From: Hyalangium minutum
GTDB lineage: Bacteria > Myxococcota > Myxococcia > Myxococcales > Myxococcaceae
Length of the DNA: 62,000 nucleotides
Direction of reading: 5' to 3'
Assembly (NCBI RefSeq): GCF_000737315.1
Contig: NZ_JMCB01000005.1
Coordinates: forward strand, 82,001-144,000
Part shown: piece after piece, positions 29,787-39,731 of the stretch
Numbering within the stretch: the stretch's first letter is position 1
Layout of the letters: each line of letters begins with the position of its first letter
Notes under the pieces: generated by a model
The model's database searches: none
What the model was told of the DNA's origin: nothing
The model's input: the letters and a program-made list of their open reading frames with translations, nothing else
Made by a program: the position numbers and the translations under genes

Positions 29787-31861
29787 GGAGCAGTCCTCCG
29801 CTCTTCCGGCCCGCCGGAGAGGCGCGCCACGGTGTCGAGGAAGCCCTGTTGATCAAACTCGCCCTTGACGATGTACGCCGAGACCCCCACCTCTTTCCCG
29901 CGTCTCCGGGCTTCCTCGGTTCCCAGGGATGACACCATGATCACGGGCAGCGCCGCCAGTGAGGGGTGGGCCCGCAGTCTTCGGGTGAACTCCAGCCCGC
30001 TCATGCCCGGCATCTCCACATCCACGATGATGAGCGCTGGAGGGCTCTTGAGCACCTGCTCCATGCCCTCCTCGCCGGAGGCCGCCAGCGCCACGGCGTA
30101 GCCCGCGGACTCGAGGATGCTCTGCTCCAGCATCCGCGTCGTCACCGAGTCGTCGATGACGAGGATGCTGCGGCGGCGCATGGTGCGAGGCGCGGCCGGG
30201 AGTGCCGAGCCCTGGCGGACGCGCTGGGCCAGCCCCACCGCGTCCAGCACGAGCACGGGCTCGCCCTGGGCATCGAAGCTGGCGCCGGCCACCAGCGGCA
30301 GCGCGGGAACGGAGGGCGGCAGCGGCTTCACCACCACGCGGCGGATGCCGTACATCCGGTCCAGGCCCACCGCCACCTGCTCCGCGCCCTGGCCGAGCAC
30401 TGCCACCGACCACGGCCGGTTGCGCGCCTCCTCGGCTCGCCCCAGCACCGTCACCAGGGGGAGGAAGGGCACGGCCTGGCCCTCGTGGACGAAGGTGGCG
30501 TGGGCGCCCGTCCAGGTAAAGGACTCTGGGGGCAGGCGCACCGAGGCCGTCAGTGCATCCAGCGGCAGCAGCAGCCGCTGGCCGCCCGCCTCGGCCTCCA
30601 GCACCTCCTGCGAGATGAGGGAGACGGGCACCTCCAGCGTGAAGCGAGTGCCCAGGCCAGGCCGGCTGGTGGCGCTGGCTACGCCCTTCAGCTCGCGCGC
30701 CGTCTCCCGCAGCACATCCAGCCCCACTCCGCGGCCGGACACGTCCGTCACTTCGGAGGCCGTGCTGAAGCCCGCGCGGAAGAGCAGCTCCAGCAGGGCC
30801 TGCTCGTCGAGCGTCTCGGCCTCTCCCTCCGTGACGAGCCCGTGCTCCACTGCCGCTTGACGCACCCGCGCGAGGTCCACGCCGCGGCCATCGTCCTCGC
30901 AGGAGAAGCGCACCCGGGCGCCGCAGCGCTCCACGCGCACGCAGAGGCGGCCCTGCACCGGCTTGCCCAGCGAGAGCCGCTCCTCGGGCTCCTCCAGCCC
31001 ATGGTCCACCGCGTTGCGCACCACGTGGAGCAGCGCCTGGCGCACCGCCGCCAGCACGTGCCCATCCAGCCTCACGTCCTCGCCCTCGAGCTCGAAGGAG
31101 ACGCGCTTGCCCAGCGAGGCCGCGGCCTCGTGCGCCGCCAGCTCCAGCGGCTGGGCGAGGGAGGAGGCGGGAACCAGCCGCAGCGCATGGCTGGCATCGC
31201 GCAGCCGCGTCAGCTCGTTCTCCGCCTTGCCCAGCCCACCATCCAGCCAGCGCCCCGCCCGGGAGAGCGCGCTGTGGAGCGCATCGGCCACCGCCAGCGT
31301 GCGGGAGAGCCACCGGGCGTGCTCGGCGGGCGAGGCGCTCGAAGCCGCGGGGGCGGTGAGCAGCTCCAGCAACCCTTGCGAGGCCCGCCGCGCCTGCCCT
31401 ACCGCCTCCACCGACTGCCGCAGCCCACCAAGCTGCACCACCGCCTCCGCCACCCCATCCAGCAGCTCGTCCAGCGCCGCCAGCTCCACGCGCACCGTCT
31501 CCCTCGCGGGCGCGGAGGGAGCGGCCTCCGGGGTGCTCGGCGCGGGAGACCCCACCGCCTCCAGCACCCCACGCATCTGCCCCACCAGCTTGAGGAACTC
31601 CCCCACACTCTCGCGCGGCAGCGGCGCGCCCTGCGCGCGGTAGGGCGCGAGCGCGTCCTCCAGCGCGTGGGCCATCTCCGCCAGCTGGGCCTGCTTCACC
31701 ACCTGCGCGGCGCCCTTGAGCGTGTGCGCCCAGCGGAACAGCTGCGGCACCACCTGCGGATCCTCGCCACCTTCCTGCAGGGAAACGAAGCCCTGGCTGA
31801 GCTGCTCCAGCAGCTCGCGGGCCTCGACCTGGAAGTGGCTGAAGACGCCGGGAGGGTTCAT
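29783..31861 (-). CDS. cheA: Hybrid CheA kinase (Hpt-HATPase-CheW-REC)
   Basis: AHTLKGAA Hpt, [27 protein letters not shown], CheW-like region, C-terminal REC (VIDDS, VDVEMP). Confidence 0.92.
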   Translation of the reverse strand: MNPPGVFSHFQVEARELLEQLSQGFVSLQEGGEDPQVVPQLFRWAHTLKGAAQVVKQAQLAEMAHALEDALAPYRAQGAPLPRESVGEFLKLVGQMRGVLEAVGSPAPSTPEAAPSAPARETVRVELAALDELLDGVAEAVVQLGGLRQSVEAVGQARRASQGLLELLTAPAASSASPAEHARWLSRTLAVADALHSALSRAGRWLDGGLGKAENELTRLRDASHALRLVPASSLAQPLELAAHEAAASLGKRVSFELEGEDVRLDGHVLAAVRQALLHVVRNAVDHGLEEPEERLSLGKPVQGRLCVRVERCGARVRFSCEDDGRGVDLARVRQAAVEHGLVTEGEAETLDEQALLELLFRAGFSTASEVTDVSGRGVGLDVLRETARELKGVASATSRPGLGTRFTLEVPVSLISQEVLEAEAGGQRLLLPLDALTASVRLPPESFTWTGAHATFVHEGQAVPFLPLVTVLGRAEEARNRPWSVAVLGQGAEQVAVGLDRMYGIRRVVVKPLPPSVPALPLVAGASFDAQGEPVLVLDAVGLAQRVRQGSALPAAPRTMRRRSILVIDDSVTTRMLEQSILESAGYAVALAASGEEGMEQVLKSPPALIIVDVEMPGMSGLEFTRRLRAHPSLAALPVIMVSSLGTEEARRRGKEVGVSAYIVKGEFDQQGFLDTVARLSGGPEERRTAP

Positions 31862-33336
31862 CTCGCGTTCGTGTGCCGGGCATCCACCAGCGTCGCGAGC
31901 TGGCGGGAGAGTTGGATGAGGTGCGTGGAGGTCTGCAACGTTTGAGAAGAACTCACCTCCGTCTGCTTGGCGGTGACGGCCACCTGCTGAATGGCGGCGC
32001 TCACCTGCTCCACCGCCGAGGTCTGCTGCTGGGTGCTCAGCTCAATCTGCCGCGCCACGTCCAGGTTGGCGCTCGTCAGCTCGGAGATGCGCCGGAAGGT
32101 GCCGGCCACTTCGGCGAACTGCCGGGCGCCGTTCTGCACCGCCTTGGAGCCATCCTCGGTGGCCATGATGGTGGTGTTGGCTGCCGCGCGGACCTCGTCG
32201 ATGAGGGTGCGCACATCCTTGGTGGAGACGCCCACCCGGTCCGCCAGCTTGCGAATCTCCTCGGCCACCACCGCGAAGCGCCGCCCGTGCTCGCCCGCGC
32301 CCGCGCTCTCGATGGTGGCGTTGATGGCGAGGATGTTCGTCTGCTCGGCCAGCTCGTTGATGATGTCCAGGATGCCGCCGATCTGCTGGGTGCGCTTGCC
32401 CAGGTCCAGCATGTGGCTGACGATGACGTCCACCTGGCGGCGCACCGACTCGATGGCCTCCTGGGCCCGGTCCACCGTCTGCACGCCCTGGCCGGTGGCG
32501 TTGGCCGTCTCGTCCGCGGCCAGGGATACCTGCTGCGCGCTGCCGGCGATCTGCCGGAACGTGGAGAGCAGCTCCTTGACGGTGGTGGAGACCTCCGTGG
32601 TGGCCGAGGCCTGCTCGCGCGCGCCCGCGGCCTGCTGCGTGGCGGCCGCCTGCAGCTCCGTGGAGGAGCTCTGCACGTGCTCCACCGCCAGGCCGATCTG
32701 CCGCCGCAGCCCGCGGGTGATGTAGACGCCCGCGCCGATGATGACGATGATCAGCGCGCCCACGCCCAGCTCCGACAGCAGGGTGAGGAAGTGGGCCTCC
32801 TCCTGGGCCACGCGGTCGCGCTCCTGGAGCAGGTTCTGCTCCACGGACACCATCTCGGCGACCCGGGAGCGCAGATCCCGGATGGTCTCCCGCGTCTTCG
32901 GGGTGAGGATGAGCGACTGGGTGGTCTCGAAGCCGTGCTCGCGGCGCGTGGCGATGACGGTGCGCATCTCCTCTATCCGGGCCTCGAGGCCGGGCCGCAG
33001 CGACGCCAGCCGGCGCATCTGCTCGGGGTCGTCCATGAGCAGCCGGCTCAGATCATCCATGGCCTTGCGCAGGTCCGCTTCGCCCTCCACGAAGGTATCC
33101 AGCGAGGACTCCTGCCCGGTGATGACGAAGCCACGCGTCCCCATCTCCGCCGCTCGCATGTTGGAAGGGATGGCTTCCAGCCGTCCGATCACCTGATAGG
33201 TGTGGGCCACGCGCTGGCTGGACTCCAGGAACCGGCGGTTGGCCATCAGCCCCACGATGGCGAGAGGGATCATGATGAGCATGACCGCGGCATACCCGGC
33301 GGCGATCTGCTGGCCGACCGTCAACTTCCGACGCAT
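31858..33336 (-). CDS. Methyl-accepting chemotaxis protein with CHASE3-like periplasmic domain
   Basis: TM, V.HT..V...L four-helix sensor, TM, then signalling hairpin [34 protein letters not shown]. Confidence 0.9.
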   Translation of the reverse strand: MRRKLTVGQQIAAGYAAVMLIMIPLAIVGLMANRRFLESSQRVAHTYQVIGRLEAIPSNMRAAEMGTRGFVITGQESSLDTFVEGEADLRKAMDDLSRLLMDDPEQMRRLASLRPGLEARIEEMRTVIATRREHGFETTQSLILTPKTRETIRDLRSRVAEMVSVEQNLLQERDRVAQEEAHFLTLLSELGVGALIIVIIGAGVYITRGLRRQIGLAVEHVQSSSTELQAAATQQAAGAREQASATTEVSTTVKELLSTFRQIAGSAQQVSLAADETANATGQGVQTVDRAQEAIESVRRQVDVIVSHMLDLGKRTQQIGGILDIINELAEQTNILAINATIESAGAGEHGRRFAVVAEEIRKLADRVGVSTKDVRTLIDEVRAAANTTIMATEDGSKAVQNGARQFAEVAGTFRRISELTSANLDVARQIELSTQQQTSAVEQVSAAIQQVAVTAKQTEVSSSQTLQTSTHLIQLSRQLATLVDARHTNAR

Positions 33337-33339
33337 GAA

Positions 33340-33873
33340 CTACCTCTCAATTCGCGGAGCTTGGGCTCCGTCCAGCAAGTCCTTCACCAACGAAGCCATA
33401 TCGAGCACGGGCAGTGGCGGCTCCCCGGGCCGCAGCACGGCGGAGCTCAAGTAGGGCCGGGGCGCGGCGCCCGCGTGGGGCCGCAGTTGCCCGGGAGGGA
33501 CGCGGAGCTGGCCCTCGAAGCCTCCCGCGGCCAGCCCCACGCGCTGCGAGGCATCTCCCAGCAGCAGCCAGCGCGGAGGCTCGTCCAGGGGCAGCCCGAG
33601 GCACGTCGCCAGCGAGTGCACCGCCACGAGCTGCCCGCGCAGGCCCACCACCCCCAGCAACCCGGGAGGGCTGTCCGGCAGGGCCACGACGCGGGCCAGG
33701 GCGTGGAGGCCCTTGAGTTGGTTCAGGGGCACCGCCAGCACCGTTCCGCCCACGCTCAGGCGCAGCAGGACCTCCCGGTGGGCCTCCGCGAGGACGGCGG
33801 GACGCGCGAAGGAGGCGTCGAACTCCGATTTCAGCTCAGCCAGCCGCTGCGAGAGTTCCTCGTGGCTCTTCAT
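33340..33873 (-). CDS. cheW: CheW family protein
   Basis: FD.SFA N-terminus, LPDSPPGLLGVVGLRGQLVAV; ATGA overlap with cheR. Confidence 0.85.
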   Translation of the reverse strand: MKSHEELSQRLAELKSEFDASFARPAVLAEAHREVLLRLSVGGTVLAVPLNQLKGLHALARVVALPDSPPGLLGVVGLRGQLVAVHSLATCLGLPLDEPPRWLLLGDASQRVGLAAGGFEGQLRVPPGQLRPHAGAAPRPYLSSAVLRPGEPPLPVLDMASLVKDLLDGAQAPRIER

Positions 33874-35315
33874 GGGCCCTCCGAGCACGCGAGCAGCTCT
33901 CGCTGGCAGACCTGCATCAACCCGTGGCGGCCGAACCCCCCGCCGAACAGCGCGAGGTGAACGGGCTGCTCGTGGGCGAGCAGGGTGAGCGCCAGCCGCA
34001 GCGCCACGCGGGCGGTGAGGGGCGTTCCGTCCCTCCGCGCGAGCATGCCCAGGCGCAGGTGGCCGAGGGCAAAGGTGGGCTCCAGGTGGACGGCGCGCTC
34101 ATAGCGGGCCCGCGCGCTGGGCCCGTCTCCGGCCTGCTCGCGGCACAGGCCCAGCAGGTAGTTCGCCCCGGCGCCCTGCACCCCACGCTCGACGAGCACC
34201 TCGCTCAGCCGCTCCGCCTCCTGGAAGCGGCCGGCCTGCAGGTGGAGCGCGGCGCGCAGCAACTGCATCACCGGCTGCTCCCGCTCGGACTCGGGCAGCC
34301 CCTCCAGCCAGGAGCGGGCGTCGGCATAGCGCTCCTCCTCGAAGAGGCGCCAGGCGCGGGCCGTGCCCTCTGGCGTGGCCGCGGTGTCCTTCGGCCGGGG
34401 GAGGGAGCCCCCCAGCGGCGTGGGCATGGAGAAGGGAGCGGGCGTGGCGCGAGGCGCGGGAGTGGCCACGGGCGTCAGGGTACCGGGGCGAGGGGTGGCT
34501 CGCGTAGCGCGGCCGCGCTGGAAGTAGAAGGCATCGCCCGCCTGCTGTATCTCGAAGGACTCCGAAAGTCCCCGCAGGTTCTCGGAGGGGCCCAGGAACA
34601 GGAACCCACCGGGCGTGAGCGCCTGCTCCAGCCGGGCGATGACCCGCCGGGCCGTCTCGGGCGAGAAGTAGATGAGGACGTTGCGGCAGAGGATGACGTC
34701 GAAGGAGCCCGGCATCCAGAAGGGAGAGTCCTCCAGCAGGTTGCGCTCCTCGAAGACGACGGAGTCGCGCAGGTCTGGCCGCAGGGCGAACCCGCCGTCC
34801 GGCAGCGAGAAGAACCACCGCTCGCGCAGGAACTCGGGGGTGGAGCGCAGGGCCCAGGGCGCGTAGTGGGCCCAGCGCGCGCGGGCGATGGCGCGCGGGT
34901 TGAGATCCATGCCGGTGATGAAGAGGCGCTCGGCGTCCACGCGGGGGCTCTCGCGCCCGAGGATGGCCAGCGAGTACGGCTCCTCTCCAGTGGAGCACCC
35001 GGCGGAGAGCACGCGGGCAGGGCGGCCCTCGCGCTGCACCCACGGGAGGACCCGCTCCACCAGGGCCTCGAGCTGGACTTGGTGACGGAAGAAGTACGTC
35101 TCGCCCACGGTGAGGCGCTCGGCCAGGGCGCGCAGCTCGGGATCGCTGGGCCCGGCCGTCTCCAGCTGGTCGAGGTAGTCGTCCCAGCGGCGGCGGGGGG
35201 CCAGGTCGGCCAGGAGTGTGGCCAGCTCCTGCCGCGTCTCGAGGGCGGGCACCAGTCCGAGGCGCCGCTCCACGAGCCCGGCGAGCCGGTCGATGAGCAC
35301 GTCCTGCTCGCTCAT
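33870..35315 (-). CDS. cheR: CheR methyltransferase with C-terminal TPR
   Basis: TVGETYFFRH, SAGCSTGEEPYSLA, DVILCRNVLIYF; TPR tail (YERAVHLEPTFALGHL). Confidence 0.92.
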   Translation of the reverse strand: MSEQDVLIDRLAGLVERRLGLVPALETRQELATLLADLAPRRRWDDYLDQLETAGPSDPELRALAERLTVGETYFFRHQVQLEALVERVLPWVQREGRPARVLSAGCSTGEEPYSLAILGRESPRVDAERLFITGMDLNPRAIARARWAHYAPWALRSTPEFLRERWFFSLPDGGFALRPDLRDSVVFEERNLLEDSPFWMPGSFDVILCRNVLIYFSPETARRVIARLEQALTPGGFLFLGPSENLRGLSESFEIQQAGDAFYFQRGRATRATPRPGTLTPVATPAPRATPAPFSMPTPLGGSLPRPKDTAATPEGTARAWRLFEEERYADARSWLEGLPESEREQPVMQLLRAALHLQAGRFQEAERLSEVLVERGVQGAGANYLLGLCREQAGDGPSARARYERAVHLEPTFALGHLRLGMLARRDGTPLTARVALRLALTLLAHEQPVHLALFGGGFGRHGLMQVCQRELLACSEGP

Positions 35316-35776
35316 GCCGCACCTCCGGAGGAGGCCAGCCGGGACCACGCATCCGCCGGCAGCAGGCGGGCCGCGCTCAGCGCTCCGAGCAACTGGCCAT
35401 CCAGCGTGCCCAGCACCTCGAGGTGGCCGGACGCGGCGCCTTGCAGCAGCGGGGGAACGGCCCCCAGCTCCGAGGCGTTGAGCTCGCGCAGTCCGAGCAC
35501 CTCATCCACCTCCAGGGCCACCTGGCGCGCGGAGACGCGGAGCAGGACGAAGCGCCGGGGCTCGGTCGAGGCCGCGCCGCCCATCAGCGCCGCGAGGCTG
35601 AGCACCGGCGTGGGCTCGCCGCGCACCACGGACACGCCGCGCACGAAGGAGGGCACTCCGGCGACAGGGGACACGGGCAGCGGGCGCAAGGTCTCGATGA
35701 CCTCGCCCATCGGCAGCGCGCACCTCCAGCCGTGCGCACGGACCATGAGAAAACGTCCCGCGACTTCACCCGGCAT
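35312..35776 (-). CDS. cheW: CheW family protein
   Basis: PVAGVPSFVRGVSVVRGEPTPVLSL...VALEVDEVLG; start could be 35749. Confidence 0.85.
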   Translation of the reverse strand: MPGEVAGRFLMVRAHGWRCALPMGEVIETLRPLPVSPVAGVPSFVRGVSVVRGEPTPVLSLAALMGGAASTEPRRFVLLRVSARQVALEVDEVLGLRELNASELGAVPPLLQGAASGHLEVLGTLDGQLLGALSAARLLPADAWSRLASSGGAA

Positions 35777-35942
35777 TCCGCCCCCTCTGGCGCAACAGGG
35801 GCGTTATGACGGACGGTGAATTTCTCCGCCGTGTCATTTTCAGGACGGTGCCATGACCGTCCGAAAGCAGACAGGTAGGGATGACGGAATTATCCAGAGA
35901 ACCCGAATTTCGAGGTCAAAACGGCCTCTCCATTCTCGGCGC

Positions 35943-36431
35943 TCAAGAAGATTGAAAGCGGAACGGGTGGCGGACGTGGGTGGGATAGGAGGAGTCGGAC
36001 GCGCGGAAGATCCAGCTCTTCACCTCTTGGAGCACGCAGCTCGCGAGTTCACTGTTACCGGTGGTGTTGGAGGTCACGGTGGCGCCGAAGACGTTGCCGC
36101 CTGGGGAGATGTCCCACTCCACGATGACTTCGCCTTGAACTGCGGGGGACCAGGCGCGAGCGCGGGCGTAGCAGCTCTCGATCTGCGGCGAGTGGCTGCG
36201 GATGACCGCGAGGTACGGCTCTTCTTGGAAGGGGGGAGGCTGGCTCGGCAACTGAGGCGGGGGTGCATCGTCGTGGGGCTGGGAGGGCGCGGGCGTGTCG
36301 GGGGTGGGCTGCTGCGGAGGCGGAGGCCGAGGCTTCTCGGTGCGGGGAGGAAACTTCGCCTTGGCCCTGCCCGTGTTCGGAACCTGGTTCAGGGAGAGGG
36401 CCAGCAGTGCCATCGCCGCGACGTGGATCAT
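35943..36431 (-). CDS. AgmX/PglI (TonB-C-like) domain protein
   Basis: Signal peptide, Pro-rich linker, IESCY...GEVIVEWDISPGG...ELASCV....W.F...YP..PF pattern. Confidence 0.75.
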   Translation of the reverse strand: MIHVAAMALLALSLNQVPNTGRAKAKFPPRTEKPRPPPPQQPTPDTPAPSQPHDDAPPPQLPSQPPPFQEEPYLAVIRSHSPQIESCYARARAWSPAVQGEVIVEWDISPGGNVFGATVTSNTTGNSELASCVLQEVKSWIFRASDSSYPTHVRHPFRFQSS

Positions 36432-36508
36432 GCGGGCATGTCTAGCATAGGCAATCCGGCTTCATTCATGATGCGGCCGGGGCTGGAGCCTCTTCCAAGG
36501 ATCGAACA

Positions 36509-37312
36509 ATGCCGGACCGGATGCCCGTGGTGTTCCTGCCGCACGGCGGCGGCCCCTGGCCCTTCGTGGACCTGGGCTTTGATGACAAGCCGGGCTTCGA
36601 CGCGCTGTCGGGCTACCTGCGCTCGGTGCGCGCTGTGCCCAAGACAGGGCCCAAGGCCCTGCTGGTCATCTCGGCGCACTGGGAGGAGCCACTGCCCACG
36701 GTGATGACCGCCGAGCGCCCGCCCATGCTCTACGACTACTACGGCTTCCCGCCCGAGTCGTACGCGCTCACGTGGCCCGCGCCGGGCCATCCGAAGCTCG
36801 CCGAGCGCGTGCGGCAGCTTCTCGGGGCGGCGGGGTTCCAGACGGCGGCGGACCCTCAGCGTGGCTACGATCACGGCACCTTCGTGCCGCTCAAGCTGAC
36901 GTATCCCGAGGCGGACGTGCCCGTGGTGCAGCTGTCGCTCAAGCAGGGACTGGATCCCCAGGAGCACCTGGCGATGGGGCGTGCGCTGGCGCCGCTGCGC
37001 GACGAGGGCGTGTTCATCATCGGCAGCGGGATGACGTTCCACAACCTGCGGGCGTTCATGGATCCGCGCTCGCGCGGCATTGCCGAGCAGTTCGACGCGT
37101 GGCTGCGGGAGTCGGCCACGCTGGAGCCGAAGGAGCGCGATGGCCGGCTGATCCACTGGGAGGAAGCTCCGGTGGCGCGGCTGGCGCACCCGCGAGAGGA
37201 GCACCTGCTGCCGCTGATGGTCATCGCTGGAGCGGCGGGCTCGGACCGGGGAACCACGGCGTACAACGCCACGTTTATGGGCCTGCGCCTGTCCGCCTAT
37301 CACTTCGGGTAG
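36509..37312 (+). CDS. DODA/YgiD-type extradiol ring-cleavage dioxygenase (LigB family)
   Basis: FLPHGGGP, ISAHWE, YDYYGFP, DHGTFVPL, GSGMTFHN, AHPREEHLLPL. Confidence 0.9.
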   Translation: MPDRMPVVFLPHGGGPWPFVDLGFDDKPGFDALSGYLRSVRAVPKTGPKALLVISAHWEEPLPTVMTAERPPMLYDYYGFPPESYALTWPAPGHPKLAERVRQLLGAAGFQTAADPQRGYDHGTFVPLKLTYPEADVPVVQLSLKQGLDPQEHLAMGRALAPLRDEGVFIIGSGMTFHNLRAFMDPRSRGIAEQFDAWLRESATLEPKERDGRLIHWEEAPVARLAHPREEHLLPLMVIAGAAGSDRGTTAYNATFMGLRLSAYHFG

Positions 37313-37359
37313 GCGAGGGCGGACTGGGTCTCAGGGCTGCTCGATTCATCCCAGGCGCC

Positions 37360-38421
37360 TCACACCCCCAAGGACTCGCGCCGATAGGCAGCGGGCGTGG
37401 TGCCGGTCCAGCGACGGAAGGCACGGTAGAAATTGCTGACCTCCGAGAACCCCAGCAGGAAGGCGACCTCGAGCAGCTTGAGGTCCTTGTTGAGGACGTG
37501 CCGCAACGCCAGCTCTCGTCGCGCTTGGTCGAGCACCTCCTGGTAGGTGAGTCCGCGCTCGTGGAGCCGGCGTGACAGCGTGCGTGCGCTCATGCCCATC
37601 TGGCGCGCGAGCGTCGCCGCGTCAGGCACGGTGCCGCGCAGGGCCTTCCGGATGCGCTCGCCTAGCTCGTCTACCAGGTCCAGGGCTCGCGGCAGTCCCT
37701 CGATCCGGGTCTGCGCGAACCGGTCCAGGACCGCGGCAAGGTTGGGATCCGTCCCCTGGATGGGCAGCTCGAGCACGGCCCGATCGAGCTCGAGGCACGT
37801 GTAGGGCTGACTGAACCGCACGCTCGCGCCGAACACCCGTGTGTGCTCGAGGTCGTCCGACGGGCGAGGATAGGGGAGGGCGACGCCGCGCGGCGAGAAG
37901 GCCACCCCCGTCAACTGCTGGCCGATTCTCAAGAGCTTCGCCAGGATGAAATCGACCGCGTGGGGCGGGACCTCGAGCGGGGGCCGGTGGGAGATGCGAG
38001 CCATGTCGCCCTCGACCTCGAGGTGATAGCGGGCCCCGTCGTGCAGCAGGCGCTGCCAGCGGGTCAGCTTCTGGTAACACGTGGCGAGGTCGGGACTGTT
38101 GCGCATGCAGTACTCGACCAGATCGAAGGCCCCGAGCGGAACTGCTTGCGCCAGGCGGAGCCCCAGCGCGGCATCATTGAGCCGGCGCGGCACCTGCTCC
38201 CACAAGTCGACGAGGAGGGCGTGAGGCACCCGCGAATCGAGCGCCTCGAGGAGCGAGGGGTTGACGCCATGGTGCTCCAGCAGATCGTCAACGCGCACGC
38301 CCCGCGCCGCCGCCGCCTGGGTGAGCATCCTCACGAAGACCACGGATGCCGTGAAGCGAGCTCGGCGGGGCTCGCGTGGAGAGAGGGCGCTTCGAGACGA
38401 GTCCGAGGAAGACGCGGCCAT
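37360..38421 (-). CDS. AraC family transcriptional regulator
   Basis: N-terminal ligand domain and C-terminal MSARTLSRRL...VAFLLGFSEVSNFYRAFRRWTG; divergent from the DUF5011 lipoprotein gene. Confidence 0.9.
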   Translation of the reverse strand: MAASSSDSSRSALSPREPRRARFTASVVFVRMLTQAAAARGVRVDDLLEHHGVNPSLLEALDSRVPHALLVDLWEQVPRRLNDAALGLRLAQAVPLGAFDLVEYCMRNSPDLATCYQKLTRWQRLLHDGARYHLEVEGDMARISHRPPLEVPPHAVDFILAKLLRIGQQLTGVAFSPRGVALPYPRPSDDLEHTRVFGASVRFSQPYTCLELDRAVLELPIQGTDPNLAAVLDRFAQTRIEGLPRALDLVDELGERIRKALRGTVPDAATLARQMGMSARTLSRRLHERGLTYQEVLDQARRELALRHVLNKDLKLLEVAFLLGFSEVSNFYRAFRRWTGTTPAAYRRESLGV

Positions 38422-38576
38422 GGAGAACGAGCTCAGAGCAGGCTCAGCGAGGTGGCGAAGCATGCCAGTCTTTTGGCGGCTTGGGCCAATGTGAGCGCGG
38501 CCTCGCCCTGGCAGATTGCCTCGCGCAACGCGGAGACATCACCACACCTGAGCAGCTCTCTCCAGGAGGACACACC

Positions 38577-39731
38577 ATGCGTCTTGGAATGCATTCGAAT
38601 CGGAGGCCCGGCAGGTTCACCCATGCGCTGGCGGGACTGTGCCTGCTGTTGGCTGCGGCTTGCGGCGCCGCGCTGCCTGGGGAGGAGGCGGTGGACTTGA
38701 GCACCTACGCCGCCCCCCTGGGCAGCTGCTCACCCGACGTGACGCCTCCCTCCGTGAGGTGCCAGCCCGAGGGAGGCATCCGGGAGTGCATCGCCTATGG
38801 CTACATCGTCCAAGATTTCGACCTCGTCACCGCGAGCGACAACTGCGGGATTACCTTCTCGAGCCACAGTCTTGGCAACCTCGGCGGAGTCGGCTCCACG
38901 AGCACCTCCGTCAGTTACTGGGACGCGGCGGGCAACGCCGCCGGCTGCTCGTCGCAGTGGTCCATCGTCGACAGCAGTCCGCCCACTGTGACCCTGAACG
39001 GCCAGGTGCAGATCGTCCTGGCCTATGGTGCTTCGTACGTGGAGGCGGGCGCCTACAGCAGTGACATCTGTGATGGGTCCTTGGACTGGCGCATGAATCG
39101 CTCGGGCGGGTTCAGCACCTCCGTACCGGGCATCTATCCCATCACCTACAGCGTGGCGGACTCGGTCGGACACGTCACCCAGCGCACCCGCCTGGTGACC
39201 GTGCTTCCCCAAACAGACTGTACGGCCCAGCTCGCCGCGCCGGTGCTCATGCTCCAGGGCCGTCATGAGGAGACGCTGGAGTGCGGCCGCAACACTTGGA
39301 GTGAGCCCGGGGCCCTGGCCGCGGATGCGTGCGGCGCGGTGACGGTGCACACCTACAACTCGGGCCAGGATCCGTACGGCCCTGGTCCCAACTCAAAGGC
39401 TGAGGGGCGCTACACAGTGCAGTACCTCGCGTGGAACGGGCAGGGGACGACGTCTGCCGAGCGCAAGGTCATGGTGCAGGACACCCTCCCGCCGATACTC
39501 CGTCTCAAGGGCCCCATGCGCATGACGCACACGTGCGGCAGCGCATGGGTGGACCCGGGTGTCCTGGCCACGGACTCCTGCTATGGGGATGTCTCCTCCT
39601 CCGTGCAGACCACCGGTTCGGTGAACGGATGGGCGGAGGGCACGTACACGGTGACCTACCAGGCGAGAGACCCCGGCGGCCACCTCTCCAACATCCAGAA
39701 TCGCGTGGTGGAGGTCGTCGACTGCCCTTAG
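38577..39731 (+). CDS. Lipoprotein with three DUF5011/HYR-like Ig repeats
   Basis: AGGAGGA RBS; lipobox LAAAC; three repeats of the type PP...L.G......CG..W.DPG..A.D.C.G...Y.VTY. Confidence 0.8.
   Translation: MRLGMHSNRRPGRFTHALAGLCLLLAAACGAALPGEEAVDLSTYAAPLGSCSPDVTPPSVRCQPEGGIRECIAYGYIVQDFDLVTASDNCGITFSSHSLGNLGGVGSTSTSVSYWDAAGNAAGCSSQWSIVDSSPPTVTLNGQVQIVLAYGASYVEAGAYSSDICDGSLDWRMNRSGGFSTSVPGIYPITYSVADSVGHVTQRTRLVTVLPQTDCTAQLAAPVLMLQGRHEETLECGRNTWSEPGALAADACGAVTVHTYNSGQDPYGPGPNSKAEGRYTVQYLAWNGQGTTSAERKVMVQDTLPPILRLKGPMRMTHTCGSAWVDPGVLATDSCYGDVSSSVQTTGSVNGWAEGTYTVTYQARDPGGHLSNIQNRVVEVVDCP

Noticed and set aside
29853-33960. Several 650-700 aa alternative-frame ORFs over cheA and the MCP
   Set aside because: Arg/Gly/Ala-rich off-frame or antisense products; the che frames carry all the conserved motifs.
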